Translations under genes and position numbers: made by a program
Shown: positions 63,898-64,000 of the stretch, in pieces
Layout of the letters: every line of letters begins with the position of its first letter
How positions within the stretch are numbered: the first letter of the stretch is position 1
From: Acidobacteriota bacterium
Lineage (GTDB): Bacteria; Acidobacteriota; Terriglobia; Bryobacterales; Bryobacteraceae
Assembly (NCBI GenBank): GCA_026394015.1
Contig: JAPKZA010000237.1
Location: 13,586-77,585, forward strand
DNA length: 64,000 nucleotides
Direction: 5' to 3'
Notes under the pieces: generated by a model
Database searches by the model: none
The model's input: the letters and a program-made list of their open reading frames with translations, nothing else
Told to the model about the DNA's origin: nothing

Positions 63898-64000
63898 TGG
63901 TGCGTATCCTGCTACTCGCGTGCTCCTGTTTGCCGGTTCTCTTCGCTGTCCGCCCTCTGCCGCCCCATGTCACGCTCGTCCGTCCTCTAGGCAAAGCACC
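63898..64000 (+). CDS. 5' end of an ORF with a signal-peptide-like start (partial; runs off the window)
   Basis: It begins MVRILLLACSCLPVLFAVRPLPPHVTLVRPLGKA. Only 34 codons are visible. Confidence 0.25.

Noticed and set aside
1-64000. CRISPR arrays, tRNA/rRNA genes, a prophage, integrase genes, and reverse transcriptase or retron/DGR signatures
   Set aside because: Reading the intergenic regions (all shorter than about 800 bp) showed no regularly spaced repeats and no cloverleaf-compatible sequences. No ORF carries integrase or RT motifs.

Overview
This is a 64-kb high-GC bacterial chromosomal segment. Hand counts give about 67% GC in a nuo gene line. The gene content (a GWxTD-domain fusion, an orphan MacB-type ATPase, an S55-peptidase/beta-propeller pair) suggests an Acidobacteria-like genome, but that is inference only. 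There are roughly 65 protein-coding genes, densely packed and often translationally coupled through ATGA/GTGA overlaps. I saw no rRNA, tRNA or CRISPR array. Most of the window is housekeeping: cysDN, a yacL-like gene with ispD-ispF, murB, a nine-gene nuoCDIJKLMNH block, ribA, queD, a DinG-like helicase, cbiX, a PfkB-family kinase, and an ECF sigma/anti-sigma pair. Four spots look accessory or unusual. (1) A single-ORF IS66-family element at 1720-3174 sits between a truncated RHS/YD-repeat gene and the 3' remnant of an outer-membrane beta-barrel gene. (2) A 1443-aa orphan protein with a metzincin-like HExxHxxxxxH motif, plus a 132-aa partner, is embedded in the murB ... yacL-ispDF housekeeping string. 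(3) An AT-richer islet at about 39.1-43.3 kb carries an XRE fragment, an RHH-plus-unknown gene pair, and an 888-aa alpha/beta-hydrolase/transmembrane/helical protein. (4) nuoL is broken by an out-of-frame internal deletion inside an otherwise intact but non-canonical nuo cluster. Many long ORFs in the supplied track are Arg/Gly/Pro-rich antisense shadows of real genes and were rejected.
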